In this document: positions 37,299 through 47,819 of the stretch, piece after piece | Position numbering within the stretch: position 1 is the first letter of the stretch | Layout of the letters: every line of letters begins with the position of its first letter | Assembly (NCBI GenBank): GCA_041390865.1 | Contig: JAWKPC010000009.1 | Location: 4,933 to 68,932, forward strand | Reading direction: 5' to 3' | DNA from: Thermomicrobiales bacterium | Lineage (GTDB): Bacteria > Chloroflexota > Chloroflexia > Thermomicrobiales > CFX8 | Length of the DNA stretch: 64,000 nucleotides | The notes under the pieces: model-generated | What the model saw: only the letters and a program-made list of their open reading frames with translations | The model's database searches: none | Told to the model about the DNA's origin: nothing | Position numbers and translations under genes: made by a program

Positions 37299-38384
37299 TC
37301 AGCCGGCCGCGCGCTGCCTTGGTGAGCGTTGGTCCTGGAGGGCGGCTTCGGATGATACCGACGATTCCCGGATGATGAGCTGTGGGGAGATCGACACCTG
37401 CCGTGGCTCGTGATCGGCTCTGTCGATCTGGTCGAGCAGGGCGTGAAACGCTGTCGCGCCCATCTCGTAGAGCGGCATCGTCACTGTCGAAAGCGGCGGG
37501 GTGACGATACCCGCGACATTCGCGTCACCGAAGCCGACGATCGCGACCTCGTCCGGGATGGCGACGCCCTCCGAGATGAGATGGCGCATGGCCCCGACGC
37601 CCGGGAGATCGTTCGAGGCGAAGATCGCGTCGAACTCCAGACCACGATCGCGGGCCTCGCGGATCGCCTGCTCGCCTCCGCGCAGGAGATCGCTGAATCC
37701 CCGTCCGATTCTTCCGGCAGCCCGGACGACGAGCTCCGGGTCGACCGGCATACCTGCCTGTTCAAGCGCCGTCTTATAGCCCGCGAACTTCGAGCTGTCG
37801 ACGTTGCTCTCGAGGTCCATGCCGAGGAAGAGAATGCGCTGCCGGCCGAGCCGGATGAGATGCTCCGTCGCCAGCCGGGCACCGGATTCGTAACCGGGCC
37901 AGATAACCGTTCCATGGGTCTGAGAAATCTCGCGATTGATCATGACGACCGGAAACAGACCGCCGATCGCCCGCTCGATCGTTTCGTCGTTCAGCTTCGA
38001 ATTGAAGCTGATGATCCCGGCAACGCGATGGCCGCGCAACCGCTCGATCGCGTTGAGCTCCCGTTCCTGGCTGCCGGACGCGTTGCAGAGAAAGACGCTG
38101 TAGCCGGCCTCGGCAGCAGCATCTTCGACTCCGCGGGCAATCTGTGGAAAGAACGGCTGGTCGATGTTCGGGACGGACAGGCCGATCACCAGTGTCTTGC
38201 TGGTAACCAGACTGCGTGCCAGGGCGTTCGGCTGGTAGCCGAGTTCTCGAATTGCTTCGAGGACGCGCTTGCGTGTAGCTTCCGCCACTTCACCCTTGTT
38301 ATTGATGACCCGTGAAATCGTCTGCTTCGAGACCTTCGCCCGGGCAGCGACATCACCAAGCGTTGGCTGGCGCCCACGTTCCAA
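37299..38384 (-). CDS. LacI-family transcriptional regulator
   Basis: Intact 361 aa. The HTH is TLGDVAARAKVSKQTISRVINN, followed by a periplasmic-binding-protein-like sugar domain. Confidence 0.9.
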   Translation of the reverse strand: MERGRQPTLGDVAARAKVSKQTISRVINNKGEVAEATRKRVLEAIRELGYQPNALARSLVTSKTLVIGLSVPNIDQPFFPQIARGVEDAAAEAGYSVFLCNASGSQERELNAIERLRGHRVAGIISFNSKLNDETIERAIGGLFPVVMINREISQTHGTVIWPGYESGARLATEHLIRLGRQRILFLGMDLESNVDSSKFAGYKTALEQAGMPVDPELVVRAAGRIGRGFSDLLRGGEQAIREARDRGLEFDAIFASNDLPGVGAMRHLISEGVAIPDEVAIVGFGDANVAGIVTPPLSTVTMPLYEMGATAFHALLDQIDRADHEPRQVSISPQLIIRESSVSSEAALQDQRSPRQRAAG

Positions 38385-38513
38385 CTTGCTCCGCCCTCAC
38401 GTTAGATTTCCGAATCCAATGGCCTGCTCGATGATAGAACGAATCCGCACTCGGAGCGGGCACATGCCATTGGATGGGCCGTTTTATACTGCGTATGCAC
38501 CTCAGCTACAGAA

Positions 38514-38733
38514 TGTTATCGTTCACGGTCGGACTTGTCCAAGGGGCCGCGTTGTGGGGTGGCGCCAATCCGGATCTCGTAGCTCCAGCACGTCCGAACT
38601 GTAGGCGCTTAGCCCGGGCACAAGGTAAAAACGACGCGATCTCATTCCGGTGGTTCGGGTTGAACGCTCCCGATCGCCTCTTGACGTTCGAGATTTACCG
38701 GTCTATGTTATCGATAACGGGAACGATAACAAG
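38514..38733. promoter_or_regulatory. LacI-type operator candidates in the lacI / creatininase divergent region
   Basis: The perfect palindrome GTTATCGATAAC is at 38707-38718. Half-site copies are TGTTATCGTTC at 38514-38524 and its reverse complement GAACGATAACA at 38721-38731. Confidence 0.45.
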
Positions 38734-38807
38734 TGCCATCTCTCACCATTTCTCGGATGTTCGAAAACCGGAATACGACCGCTGGTCGGAAGGAGACTTT
38801 TTTGTAC

Positions 38808-39527
38808 ATGATGGAGAAGCCCTGGGTCGACTTCGACGCGATCCGGCAGGAGAATGATCTGGTCATCATCCCGACCGGCGCGGTCGAAGTCTATGGACAA
38901 CACCTGCCGGCCGGAACCGACACGATCGTCATCACCCACATCGCGCGGCGCGTCGGCGAGCAGCTCGGCGCGCCGGTCCTGCCGACGCTGCCGGTGGGTT
39001 TCTCGCGCTCGCTCGGCGACTTCCCCGGCACGCTGAACATCTCGACCGGCACGCTCATGGCCTATGTCCAGGAAACTGCGGAGAGCGTCATTTCCTGGGG
39101 GTTCAAGCGCATCCTGTTTCTGAACAGTCATCGCGGCAACATCGGCCCGATCGGCGAGGTTGCGATGGAGCTCCAGGCAAAGCATGGCGTTACCTGTGCC
39201 CAGGTCTTCTGGTGGGATTACGTGGCCGCTCTGGTCACCGATATCGTCGACTCCGCACCCCACGCGAACGGCCACGCTTCCGAGATCGGCACTTCGATCA
39301 TGCTCCATCTCGACCCGGACTTCGTCGTCGAGGACCGCATTGAAGACCAGACCCCGACGAGCGGCGTGCCCTACGGCGACATCATCCAGTACAAGGGCAT
39401 GCGGGTCCGTTCCGATTCCGGCGTCGTCGGCAATCCGGAAGTCGCGACGGCCGAAAAAGGTGAGGAGATGGTTCAGCGAGGAGTTGACCGGATTATCGCA
39501 TTTGTCCGCGACGAATTTGGCGGCTAG
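38808..39527 (+). CDS. creatininase-family amidohydrolase (paralogue 1)
   Basis: ..LVIIPTGAVEVYGQHLPAGTD..ILFLNSHRGN..HASEIGTS... GGAAGGAG lies upstream of the ATG at 38808. The track ORF starts at 38733. Confidence 0.85.
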   Translation: MMEKPWVDFDAIRQENDLVIIPTGAVEVYGQHLPAGTDTIVITHIARRVGEQLGAPVLPTLPVGFSRSLGDFPGTLNISTGTLMAYVQETAESVISWGFKRILFLNSHRGNIGPIGEVAMELQAKHGVTCAQVFWWDYVAALVTDIVDSAPHANGHASEIGTSIMLHLDPDFVVEDRIEDQTPTSGVPYGDIIQYKGMRVRSDSGVVGNPEVATAEKGEEMVQRGVDRIIAFVRDEFGG

Positions 39528-39548
39528 ACCGGCCGTCCAGCAGGAAGG

Positions 39549-40247
39549 ATGTCACCAATGGCAGCCACGAAACCAGGGTTCACGATCGTCAAGTCAATCG
39601 ACAGAGCCGGCAAGGAAATCGTCGAGAAGTTCCGGGGATTGGCGTCGGCGAATATCTCCGATGTTCAGGGGAAGCACAACACCTTTGATGCTCGGGTCAA
39701 GCCGATTTACGCGCCGATGGAACCGCTCTGCGGGACGGCGATCACCGTCAAGGCGCGGCCGGGTGACAACCTGCTGGCGACCAAGGCGATTCATATGGCT
39801 CAGCCCGGAGACGTCATTGTCATTTCCGGCGGGTTCGACATGAACCTGACGGTCTGGGGCGGGGTCATGAGCACGATGGCCAAGAAGAAGGGCATCGCCG
39901 GCGTCGTGACCGACGGCCTCGTCCGCGACGTCGCCGAAACTCGGGAAGTCGGCTTGCCGGTCTTCTCGATCGGCGTGACTCCAGTGGGGCCGACCAAGGA
40001 GGGCGCCGGCCAGATCAACCTCCCGATCTCCTGCGGCGGCGTGATCGTCAATCCCGGCGACATCATCGTCGGCGATGAAGATGGCGTCGTCGTTGTTCGG
40101 AAGGAAGACGCCGAGGCCGTCCTCGAACGGACCCACGCGCGCATGGAACTCGAGAAATCCTGGATGGAACAGATCGCTCGCGGCGAGTCCATTCTCGAAG
40201 ATTCCGACGATGATCTCCGGGCCCGGGGCGCCGAGATCATCGAGTAG
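39549..40247 (+). CDS. RraA-like / HMG-aldolase-family protein
   Basis: Intact 232 aa with ..GDVIVISGGFDMNLTVWGGVMSTMAKKKGIAGVVTDGLVRD... Confidence 0.85.
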   Translation: MSPMAATKPGFTIVKSIDRAGKEIVEKFRGLASANISDVQGKHNTFDARVKPIYAPMEPLCGTAITVKARPGDNLLATKAIHMAQPGDVIVISGGFDMNLTVWGGVMSTMAKKKGIAGVVTDGLVRDVAETREVGLPVFSIGVTPVGPTKEGAGQINLPISCGGVIVNPGDIIVGDEDGVVVVRKEDAEAVLERTHARMELEKSWMEQIARGESILEDSDDDLRARGAEIIE

Positions 40248-40383
40248 CGCAAGCAGCGGTGCGATATGCGGCGAAGCATCCACATAGTTCCGGTTCAGCG
40301 TATGACCATGAGTAAGGATGAACGGCTGCCGCGCGCCCGGTTGACGATGTCTATCCACGGCAATCACGGAAAAGAGTAACCAC

Positions 40384-41169
40384 GTGGCAAAAGTTCGTCT
40401 GGCGTCTATGACCTGGAAAGAAGCGGAGGAGGCATACGCAGAGAATCCCGTCATTCTGATACCAAGCGCATCCATCGAGCAGCATGGCCCGGCTACGCCG
40501 GTCGGCGACTTCCGGATCAGCGAATGGGTCGGAGATCAGGTCGCGGAACGCACCGGATCAATCGTTGCCCCGATGTTGCCGTACGGCTATTCGGAGGTCT
40601 TCCGGCGGTTCCCCGGCACGGTGACGCTGGAGGCTTCGACGGTTGCCGAGGTCATGTACGACGTGGCCGCAAGCTTCCTGGATCACGGCCTGGACCACAT
40701 CGTATTTCTCTGCGGCCACAACGGGAACATGCCGATCCTCGATCATGTCGCCCGTCGTATCCGCCGCGAGTACGGCTTGCGGCTCGGCTGTTTCGAGCCC
40801 TTCCGCCTGTTCTCGTCCAAGACGCTCTCCGAAGCGTTCGGCGAAGAGAACAAGGTGATGGGTCACGGCAGCGATCCGATCATGTCCTTCAACATGCACC
40901 TCTTCCCGGATGACGTCCGGATGGACCTTGTCGAGGAGGAGAACCTGACGAAGTATGAGGACTTGACGGTGCGCGGCAGCAGCCAGGTCGCTGTCGGCGA
41001 TGTTGCCGGACACATCTACTTCGATACGTTGGATCTCGCGCCGAACGGCGTCATGGGGGATGTCTCGGGATTCAACGCCGAAGCCGGCGGGAAGCTGCTG
41101 AACCATATCGTCGAAAAGGGCGTCGAGTTCGTCGAGCTCTTCAAGACGCACGACACCCACATCGACTAG
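40384..41169 (+). CDS. creatininase-family amidohydrolase (paralogue 2)
   Basis: Intact 261 aa with ..ILIPSASIEQHGPATPVGDF..IVFLCGHNGN..GHGSDPIMS... Confidence 0.85.
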   Translation: MAKVRLASMTWKEAEEAYAENPVILIPSASIEQHGPATPVGDFRISEWVGDQVAERTGSIVAPMLPYGYSEVFRRFPGTVTLEASTVAEVMYDVAASFLDHGLDHIVFLCGHNGNMPILDHVARRIRREYGLRLGCFEPFRLFSSKTLSEAFGEENKVMGHGSDPIMSFNMHLFPDDVRMDLVEEENLTKYEDLTVRGSSQVAVGDVAGHIYFDTLDLAPNGVMGDVSGFNAEAGGKLLNHIVEKGVEFVELFKTHDTHID

Positions 41170-41205
41170 CCCATTCGAATCCGAGTTGAGGAGAGAGTAC
41201 AGATA

Positions 41206-43005
41206 GTGAACGATCAGAACACTGAACGCCCCGATCGCATGATCGATCGGATCATCCAGAATCAGTCATCTCGGCGCCTCTTCTTGCGCCGCGCGCTGGC
41301 CCTGGGCCTGAGCGCCCCGGTCGTCGGCGGGCTGCTGGCCGCCTGTGGCGGTGATGACGACGACGATGACGATGACGACAGCGGCGGCGAGCCGACATCG
41401 GCGGATGCCGGCGGGGACGAACCCACTGCCACCGCCGAAGACAGCTCCGGGGAAGATGAACCCACCGAAGCGGAAGGCGACTCCGGCGACGAGCCGACCG
41501 CGACATCCGAAGACAGCGGCGGCGATACCGGCGGCGGTGAAGGCCAGGCCGGCGGCACGTTGAACTTCGGCCTGCTGCGCGATGCCATCGGCTTTGACCC
41601 GCACATCGCCTACGGCGCGAGCTCATCATCGCTTCAGGGCAACGTCTACGACACGGTCATCACCTACGATCTCGAAGGCAACCTCGCTGGCGGACTTGCC
41701 GAAACCTGGGAAGTCTCCGACGACGGGCTCGAATACACCCTGTCCATGCGCCAGGGCGTGACCTTCCACGAGGGTCAGGCATTCTCGGCCGAAGACGTCG
41801 TCGCCAATCTCGACCGCATTCTCGACGAGACGAACGGCCTCGCCCGGCGGACCGAGCTGTCGAACATCGGATCCTACGAAGCGTCCGACGAGCAGACGCT
41901 CGTCCTATCGCTCGAACAGCCGTACGCGACGCTGCTTGCCGTCCTCGCGACGAACGAAGTCGGCATCGCCAGCAAGGAATGGCTGGAATCCGGCGTCGAC
42001 CCGGCGCGCGAGATGAACGGCACCGGCCCCTTCATGCTCGATTCATTCGAGCCGGAGGTACGCTACACCCTGGTCAAGAACCCGAACTACTGGCAGTCCG
42101 GGCTGCCCTATCTGGACACGATCAACGAGACGCCGATTCCGGACGACAACGCCCGGGTCAACGCCTTGCTCAGCGGCGAGATCAACTTTGTCGAGTATGT
42201 TCCCTGGCAGAACATGGCCGAAATCGACGACAACTCGGACTTCCAGCTCTTCAAGGGCTTCGACCTCTACAACATCGTTCGCCTGAACACGAACCGCCCG
42301 CCGCTGGACAACAAGCTGGTCCGGCAGGCGCTCAACTACGCGATCGATCGGGAAGCGGTCATCGCCGTCGCGTTCGGCGGCGAGGGACTGCCGATGACCA
42401 ACGGACTCTTCCCGCCCGGCTCCCCCTGGTACAACGAGGAGCTCGAGGGTCACTGGACTTACGATCCGGAGAAAGCGATGTCGCTGCTCGAGGAGGCTGG
42501 CGTTGATCCGACCGAGGTCACGCTCGACTTCACCGTGGCGACGATCAGCGTTCACTCCGACACTGCCCAGGTCGTCCAGCAGCAGCTGGAGCAGCTCGGG
42601 TTCACGATCAACTACATCCAGCAGGACGTGCCATCGCTGACCGAGCGGCGGACGACCGGCGACTACCAGATGATGCAGGATGGTCTGAGCCTGAACTATC
42701 CCGATCCCGACTACTACAGCGTCTACTTCGCGATCGGTGGGACGGCCCACGCCGCCGGTATCGGCTACGAGAACGAGGAACTGACCGAGATTCTCGAGCG
42801 CGGCCGTTCAGAAACCGATCCCGAAGTCCGGAAAGAGATCTATCTGGAATTCGAGCGCGCGCTGATGGAAGAAGCCCCCTGGATCTTCGTCCTGCACCGG
42901 CCGCAGGCTGAGGCGATGGCTGCGTCAGTCAAGGGCTACACTCGTATTCCGGGTCTGGGATTGCGCTCCGAAGCATTCCTTGAGAACCTCTATATCGAAG
43001 AGTAG
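41206..43005 (+). CDS. ABC transporter substrate-binding lipoprotein, family 5 (peptide/nickel type)
   Basis: Intact 599 aa with a TAT-like SRRLFLRR, a lipobox LLAAC, a roughly 70-aa acidic tether (D8 run, EPTA repeats) and then the family-5 fold. Confidence 0.9.
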   Translation: MNDQNTERPDRMIDRIIQNQSSRRLFLRRALALGLSAPVVGGLLAACGGDDDDDDDDDSGGEPTSADAGGDEPTATAEDSSGEDEPTEAEGDSGDEPTATSEDSGGDTGGGEGQAGGTLNFGLLRDAIGFDPHIAYGASSSSLQGNVYDTVITYDLEGNLAGGLAETWEVSDDGLEYTLSMRQGVTFHEGQAFSAEDVVANLDRILDETNGLARRTELSNIGSYEASDEQTLVLSLEQPYATLLAVLATNEVGIASKEWLESGVDPAREMNGTGPFMLDSFEPEVRYTLVKNPNYWQSGLPYLDTINETPIPDDNARVNALLSGEINFVEYVPWQNMAEIDDNSDFQLFKGFDLYNIVRLNTNRPPLDNKLVRQALNYAIDREAVIAVAFGGEGLPMTNGLFPPGSPWYNEELEGHWTYDPEKAMSLLEEAGVDPTEVTLDFTVATISVHSDTAQVVQQQLEQLGFTINYIQQDVPSLTERRTTGDYQMMQDGLSLNYPDPDYYSVYFAIGGTAHAAGIGYENEELTEILERGRSETDPEVRKEIYLEFERALMEEAPWIFVLHRPQAEAMAASVKGYTRIPGLGLRSEAFLENLYIEE

Positions 43006-43020
43006 ATCGCTAGCTGATCA

Positions 43021-43045
43021 GGGGACGGCGTCTCGCGCCGTCCCC
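43021..43045 (+). other. Intercistronic stem-loop after the binding-protein gene
   Basis: GGGGACGGCG tctcg CGCCGTCCCC sits 16 nt after the stop. There is no T-tract, so it is more likely an mRNA-stabilising or attenuating hairpin than a full terminator. Confidence 0.5.
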
Positions 43046-43081
43046 TGGTTGTCAGGGTGACATGAGAGGACGGACGAACCG

Positions 43082-44035
43082 GTGGGCGCCTACCTCGTTC
43101 GACGGACTATCTCCACCATAGTCTTGCTGTACCTGATTATCACGGTCGTATTCCTGCTGCTCCACTTGCTGCCGGGCGATCCGGCGCTGGCGGTGCTTGG
43201 CGGCATCGATGCGAACCCTTCTCCGGAAGACGTGGCGCAGGTCCGGGAGCGGCTGGGGCTGGATCGTCCACTGTATGTGCAGTACTTCGACTACCTCGGG
43301 AACATCGTTCGGCTCGACTTCGGCGAGTCGTTCGTCAACGGCCGCTCGGTCTCCAGCGATATCGCGACCCGGCTTCCGCGGACGATGATGATCATCGTTC
43401 CGGCGATCATCGTCGCGGTGCTGGTCGGGATGCCGCTCGGGATCATCGCCGCCCGCTACCGCCAGTCCGTCGTCGATCCGATGGTCTCGTCGATCGCCTT
43501 GCTCGGATTCTCCGTCCCGGTCTTCGTCATCGGCCTGCTGCTCGTCTACCTGTTTTCCATCCAGCTTGGCTGGCTGCCGGCGAACGGCTATATCGACCCC
43601 CGGGATGACTTTCCGGAGTTTCTGAAGCGGGCGACCCTCCCGATCGTCTCGCTGTCGCTTGGCCCGATGGCCCTGACGATGCGGATGACCCGGTCCTCGA
43701 TGCTCGAGCAGCTTGGTCTGGACTACGTGCGGACGGCGCGCTCGAAGGGGCTCTCCGAGCTGACGACGCTCTACCGGCACGTCCTGCGTAACGCGCTCCT
43801 GCCAATTGTCACGATCGTCGCGTTGCAGTTCGGCGCGATGTTCGCGGGAAGCGTTCTGGTGGAGTCGATCTTCAACTGGCCCGGCGTCAACGCTTATCTG
43901 TTGACCGCTATCGGGGTCCGGGACTATCCGGTCGTCCAGGGCGTGGTGGCTGTCGTCGCATCCATCTTCGTGCTGATCAACTTCCTGACGGACATCTCCT
44001 TTGCCTTCTTCGATCCACGAATCCGGCACGACTAA
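43082..44035 (+). CDS. ABC transporter permease (DppB/OppB-like)
   Basis: Intact 317 aa ending in the family motif ..FFDPRIRHD. Confidence 0.9.
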   Translation: MGAYLVRRTISTIVLLYLIITVVFLLLHLLPGDPALAVLGGIDANPSPEDVAQVRERLGLDRPLYVQYFDYLGNIVRLDFGESFVNGRSVSSDIATRLPRTMMIIVPAIIVAVLVGMPLGIIAARYRQSVVDPMVSSIALLGFSVPVFVIGLLLVYLFSIQLGWLPANGYIDPRDDFPEFLKRATLPIVSLSLGPMALTMRMTRSSMLEQLGLDYVRTARSKGLSELTTLYRHVLRNALLPIVTIVALQFGAMFAGSVLVESIFNWPGVNAYLLTAIGVRDYPVVQGVVAVVASIFVLINFLTDISFAFFDPRIRHD

Positions 44036-44951
44036 TGAAAGGTCGAACGTGGAACAGCTGAGAACGGTCGGTGCCTCGACAACCGACCTCCGGGAAGACC
44101 GGCACCCCCGGTTCGAGATCATCCGCGACTGGCTGCACTGGTTCTTCACGAATCCGCGCGTCTTCATTAGTGGTGGGTTCATCATTCTGCTCTGTCTGGC
44201 CGCCATAGCGGCGCCGATCATCACCAGCAGCGATCCCTCGCTGATTCGCGCGGACCAGCGCTTGCTACCTCCCGGCGACGGCGGATTCCTGGGAACCGAC
44301 GAGTTCGGACGCGATCTATTCGCCCGGATCATCTATGGAGCGCGACTGACGATGATCGTCAGCCTTTCGAGTGTGATGATCGCCGCCGTTCTCGGATTGG
44401 TGATGGGCATGGCGGCGGCCTATTTCAAATCGCCGACCGACACCGTCCTGATGCGGTTCGCCGACGCGATCCTGAGCTTCCCGCCGATCCTCCTGGCAAT
44501 CTTCGTCATCTCCTTCTGGGGCTCGTCGGTCATCAACGTCATCATGGTGATCGGGCTCCTCTACACGCCGCGATTCCAGCGTGTGGCCTACAGCACGACG
44601 CTGGCTGTCCAGGAGAATGATTACGTGCTTGCCGCCCGGGCGATCGGCTCGAAATCGACGCGCATCCTCCGGCTGGGTATCCTGCCGAATATTCTTGCGC
44701 CGTCAATCGTCCAGTTCTCGCTGGCGATGGGCACCGCCATTCTTCTCGAATCCGGATTGAGCTTCCTCGGGCTCGGGCCGCCGCCGGACATTCCGTCCTG
44801 GGGACGATCGATCCAGCAGGCGAGCCGCTTCCTCAGCCAGCATCCCTGGGGAGTTTTCTGGCCGTCGCTGGTCATATCGATGACCGTTCTCGCGTTCAAT
44901 ATTCTGGGCGACGCGTTGCGTGACAGATTGGACCCGCGTCTGCGATCCTGA
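44001..44951 (+). CDS. ABC transporter permease (DppC/OppC-like); start uncertain
   Basis: Intact ORF ending ..ALRDRLDPRLRS. The true start may be the GTG at about 44049. Confidence 0.85.
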   Translation: MPSSIHESGTTNERSNVEQLRTVGASTTDLREDRHPRFEIIRDWLHWFFTNPRVFISGGFIILLCLAAIAAPIITSSDPSLIRADQRLLPPGDGGFLGTDEFGRDLFARIIYGARLTMIVSLSSVMIAAVLGLVMGMAAAYFKSPTDTVLMRFADAILSFPPILLAIFVISFWGSSVINVIMVIGLLYTPRFQRVAYSTTLAVQENDYVLAARAIGSKSTRILRLGILPNILAPSIVQFSLAMGTAILLESGLSFLGLGPPPDIPSWGRSIQQASRFLSQHPWGVFWPSLVISMTVLAFNILGDALRDRLDPRLRS

Positions 44952-45035
44952 TCGCCTGTCGTGTCGAGCAAACGCGGAAATGCCTCTACTATTCGATCGA
45001 ACGAGCAAGTAGCCTGGGGAAGGAAACACAGGAGC

Positions 45036-46733
45036 ATGGGATCAACGACAACCCTGCACGTCACGCGGGATCTAGCAGTTTCACGAAACGGTATGGTGGC
45101 AGCCAAGCATCCGTTAGCGGTCCGCGCTGCGCTCGATATTCTCGAGCAGGGAGGCAATGCAGTCGACGCCGCTGCCACGGCGGCGTTCGCTATCGGCGTC
45201 GTCGAGCCGTGGATGAGCGGTGTTGGCGGGGTCGGCTTCATGACGATCCAGATGGCCGATGGAACCCGGAAAGTGGTCGATTACTTCGGCCGGGCGCCGC
45301 AGGCGGCGGCGGCCGACATGTACGAGCTGACCGGTGAAGAGCGCTCGGTCGTCGGTTTCGGCGGCGTCAAGGATCAGGCCAACGCCTACGGTCCGCTCTC
45401 CTGTGTCGTCCCGGGCATGGTCGCGGGCCTCTCCTACGCCGTCGAGAAGTACGGCAAGAAGGAGATCGGCGAGGTCGTCGGGCCGGCGATCCGGTTCGCC
45501 GACGAGGGTTTCGAGGTCAATTGGTACAACGGCATGCTGCTCTCGTCGCAGCAGGATACGATTCGCCGCGATCCGGAAACGACGCGGATCTTCCTTAATA
45601 ATGGATCTCCGCCCGCCCCACTCTTCGGAACCGCCAACCCGAGGATCCGGCAGCCCGAGCTGGCCGGTACGCTACGGAAGATCGCCGAGCAGGGATCGGA
45701 CGGTTTCTACAAGGGCGAGGTGGCCGAGCGAATTGGCGAGCATCTCCAGAGTGTTGGCGGGATCATCACCGCGGACGATATGGCGCGCTTCGAGCCGACC
45801 GAAGTCGATCCAATCGTCGTCGACTACCACGACTACGAGTTGCTTCTCCTGCCGTTCCAGGGTGGCGGGATCACCCTGGCGGAGTCGTTCAACATTCTCG
45901 ACGGGCTCGACATCCGCTCGACCGGCCACAACACGGCAACGACGATCCACCACATTGCTGAAGCGAGCCGGCGCGCATTCGCCGATCGCTTCGCCTACGT
46001 CGGCGATCCAGGCTTCGTCGATATTGACTGGGCAAAGCTGGCATTGAAGGAGTACGGAGAGCTTCGACGCGGCGAGATTGACTCGACACGAGCGTCGAAT
46101 CCGGGGCCCGGCGAAGGCATCCGGCTGAGCAGCGATGCGAACGGCGGTTCCGCCACCAACATGGACGAGGGATGCACGACCCACCTCTCGGTCGTCGACA
46201 AAGACGGCAATATGGTCTCGGTGACCCAGACGCTAACCCTGATCTTCGGCTCGGCGGTCACCGTCCCCGATGTCGGTGTCTTGCTCAACGATTCGATGAA
46301 CCTCTTCGAGCCGATCCCTGGGCGGGCGAACTCGATCGCGCCCTGGAAGCGGCCGGCATCGAACATGGCGCATATCGTTGCGGTGAAGGATGGACAGCCA
46401 GTGCTCGCGGTCGGCGCCCCGGGCGGCCGGCGAATCATCGACACTTGCATGCAGATGGCCTTGAATGTCCTCGATTTCGGCATGGACATCCAGTCGGCCT
46501 GTGCCGCGCCGTTGCTCGACGCATCGAGCCCGGACGAGCTCCTGGTCGATGACCGGATCAGCCAGTTTACTCGTGACAGGCTGCGTGAGATGGGCCACAA
46601 CGTCGTCGATGCTGAGGTGACTTTTGCGCCGCGTGCCTTCGCCAGCCCGACCGGCGTCACCCTTGATCCCGACACCGGTCTTCGCCACGGCGGCGCCGAC
46701 CCCTTCGGCATCGGCATCGCCGCCGGACACTAG
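45036..46733 (+). CDS. ggt: gamma-glutamyltransferase
   Basis: ..VAAKHPLAVRAALDILEQGGNAVDAA.., with the autoprocessing/catalytic Thr in ..DEGCTTHLSVVDKDGN.. and ..GAPGGRRII... ATG at 45036. Confidence 0.9.
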   Translation: MGSTTTLHVTRDLAVSRNGMVAAKHPLAVRAALDILEQGGNAVDAAATAAFAIGVVEPWMSGVGGVGFMTIQMADGTRKVVDYFGRAPQAAAADMYELTGEERSVVGFGGVKDQANAYGPLSCVVPGMVAGLSYAVEKYGKKEIGEVVGPAIRFADEGFEVNWYNGMLLSSQQDTIRRDPETTRIFLNNGSPPAPLFGTANPRIRQPELAGTLRKIAEQGSDGFYKGEVAERIGEHLQSVGGIITADDMARFEPTEVDPIVVDYHDYELLLLPFQGGGITLAESFNILDGLDIRSTGHNTATTIHHIAEASRRAFADRFAYVGDPGFVDIDWAKLALKEYGELRRGEIDSTRASNPGPGEGIRLSSDANGGSATNMDEGCTTHLSVVDKDGNMVSVTQTLTLIFGSAVTVPDVGVLLNDSMNLFEPIPGRANSIAPWKRPASNMAHIVAVKDGQPVLAVGAPGGRRIIDTCMQMALNVLDFGMDIQSACAAPLLDASSPDELLVDDRISQFTRDRLREMGHNVVDAEVTFAPRAFASPTGVTLDPDTGLRHGGADPFGIGIAAGH

Positions 46734-47201
46734 GATCTGCGCGAGCCCGTGGAGTTCCACGGACTCCGTCAGAAGCCGATGCCTGACCATCGATCAGTCC
46801 GGCGGGCGTATATACCCGCCGGACTTCCGAGTTCTGGAGTCATTGATGATAGCCAGCGGCGGTCCTGAGCCGTGATTCCAGATGCGGCGTGGAAGTAGAT
46901 CCGGATAAGAATGGTGGAGGTTCTCAAGCCTGGCTGGCCAATGAGAACCAACTCGGGAGTGCACTGCCGAAGAGTCCGACCAGGACGCTTGGGAGTCGAA
47001 TCTGTTTGGTCTTTCGTCGTCGCTCTTCATGTGATTGACTCATCTCCGGTTCTTGAGCCTTTGCCTGTGACGAAGCTGGTCTTCTCGTGGCAAGGCTATG
47101 GTGCCGCTAGACCGTCTTTGCTGCCCTGCTCTCTCAGAGACTGCCGTCGTCAAACGACACACTCGCGTCAGTACATGATGGGCCTAGGCTAGGATCTGGG
47201 T

Positions 47202-47819
47202 TCAATCTTTGGAAGCCAAGATGTTGTTGAATTCTCTAGCTCCAAGGGGCTCTGCGTTTACATGCTCGACGTTCCATAAGCCACTCTGTTGAATAGCTTC
47301 AGAGTTCGAGAATCTTCCGAGCCAGGTGTCTGATGGTGATCCCATTGGCATCTGGGCAAGAAGTGCGATTAGTCCTCGTGAAAGAGTCTTTCGATCGTCG
47401 TAGTCATTTATGGGGATGCATACAAATGAAAAATCGTCTCGTAGTAGCCGGCTGACCTGTTCTTCGACTTTTGGATCGCTGCTACCTCCCTGCTTGACCC
47501 ATTCCTCTAATCGACTGTCATTTGGATTGTGGCGGTTGAGTCACGCAGCCCCCAGATGTTTTCGGAACACAGATGAGTTCTTGTTTCCTCTGAGCGAATT
47601 CTTGTTACCAAAGTGTTGCTGGATTCGATTTGGAAGTCGTCCCGGCTTAATGTGGGTGCCGATCCGCGTGACTCTCTCGCACATTGTGGTGCCGATCTGG
47701 ATCGTTTCTCCTCGCTCAAAGAAGAAATAGACTCCGTTCGGCGGCAGTTGATCGTGCATGGAGTAGAAATCGTACCGCTGAAGTTGTGACAAGACGGCAT
47801 AGAGATCGCTGGTTATCAC
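47202..47819 (-). pseudogene. GIY-YIG-like domain protein, one frameshift near 47540 (tentative)
   Basis: ORF 47541..47819 has ..NGVYFFFERGETIQIGTT..RVTRIGTH..RLPNRIQQHF... The continuation ..EEWVKQGGSSDPKVEEQVSRLLRDDFSFVCIPINDYDDRKTLSRGLIALL..GLWNVEHVN..* is in another frame and ends at 47202. The region is low-GC. Confidence 0.45.

Noticed and set aside
41252-41629. Repetitive gat/gac/gaa tracts at 41.34-41.56 kb and 49.17-49.34 kb, considered as possible CRISPR-like or tandem-repeat arrays.
   Set aside because: They are in-frame low-complexity acidic linkers of the two binding-protein genes. There is no repeat-spacer structure.
44961-45035. A 25-codon N-terminal extension of GGT in the track ORF (MSSKRGNASTIRSNEQVAWGRKHRS).
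   Set aside because: The extension is not protein-like and overlaps the permease stop region. The ATG at 45036, with an upstream GGAAGGA, matches the family N-terminus.
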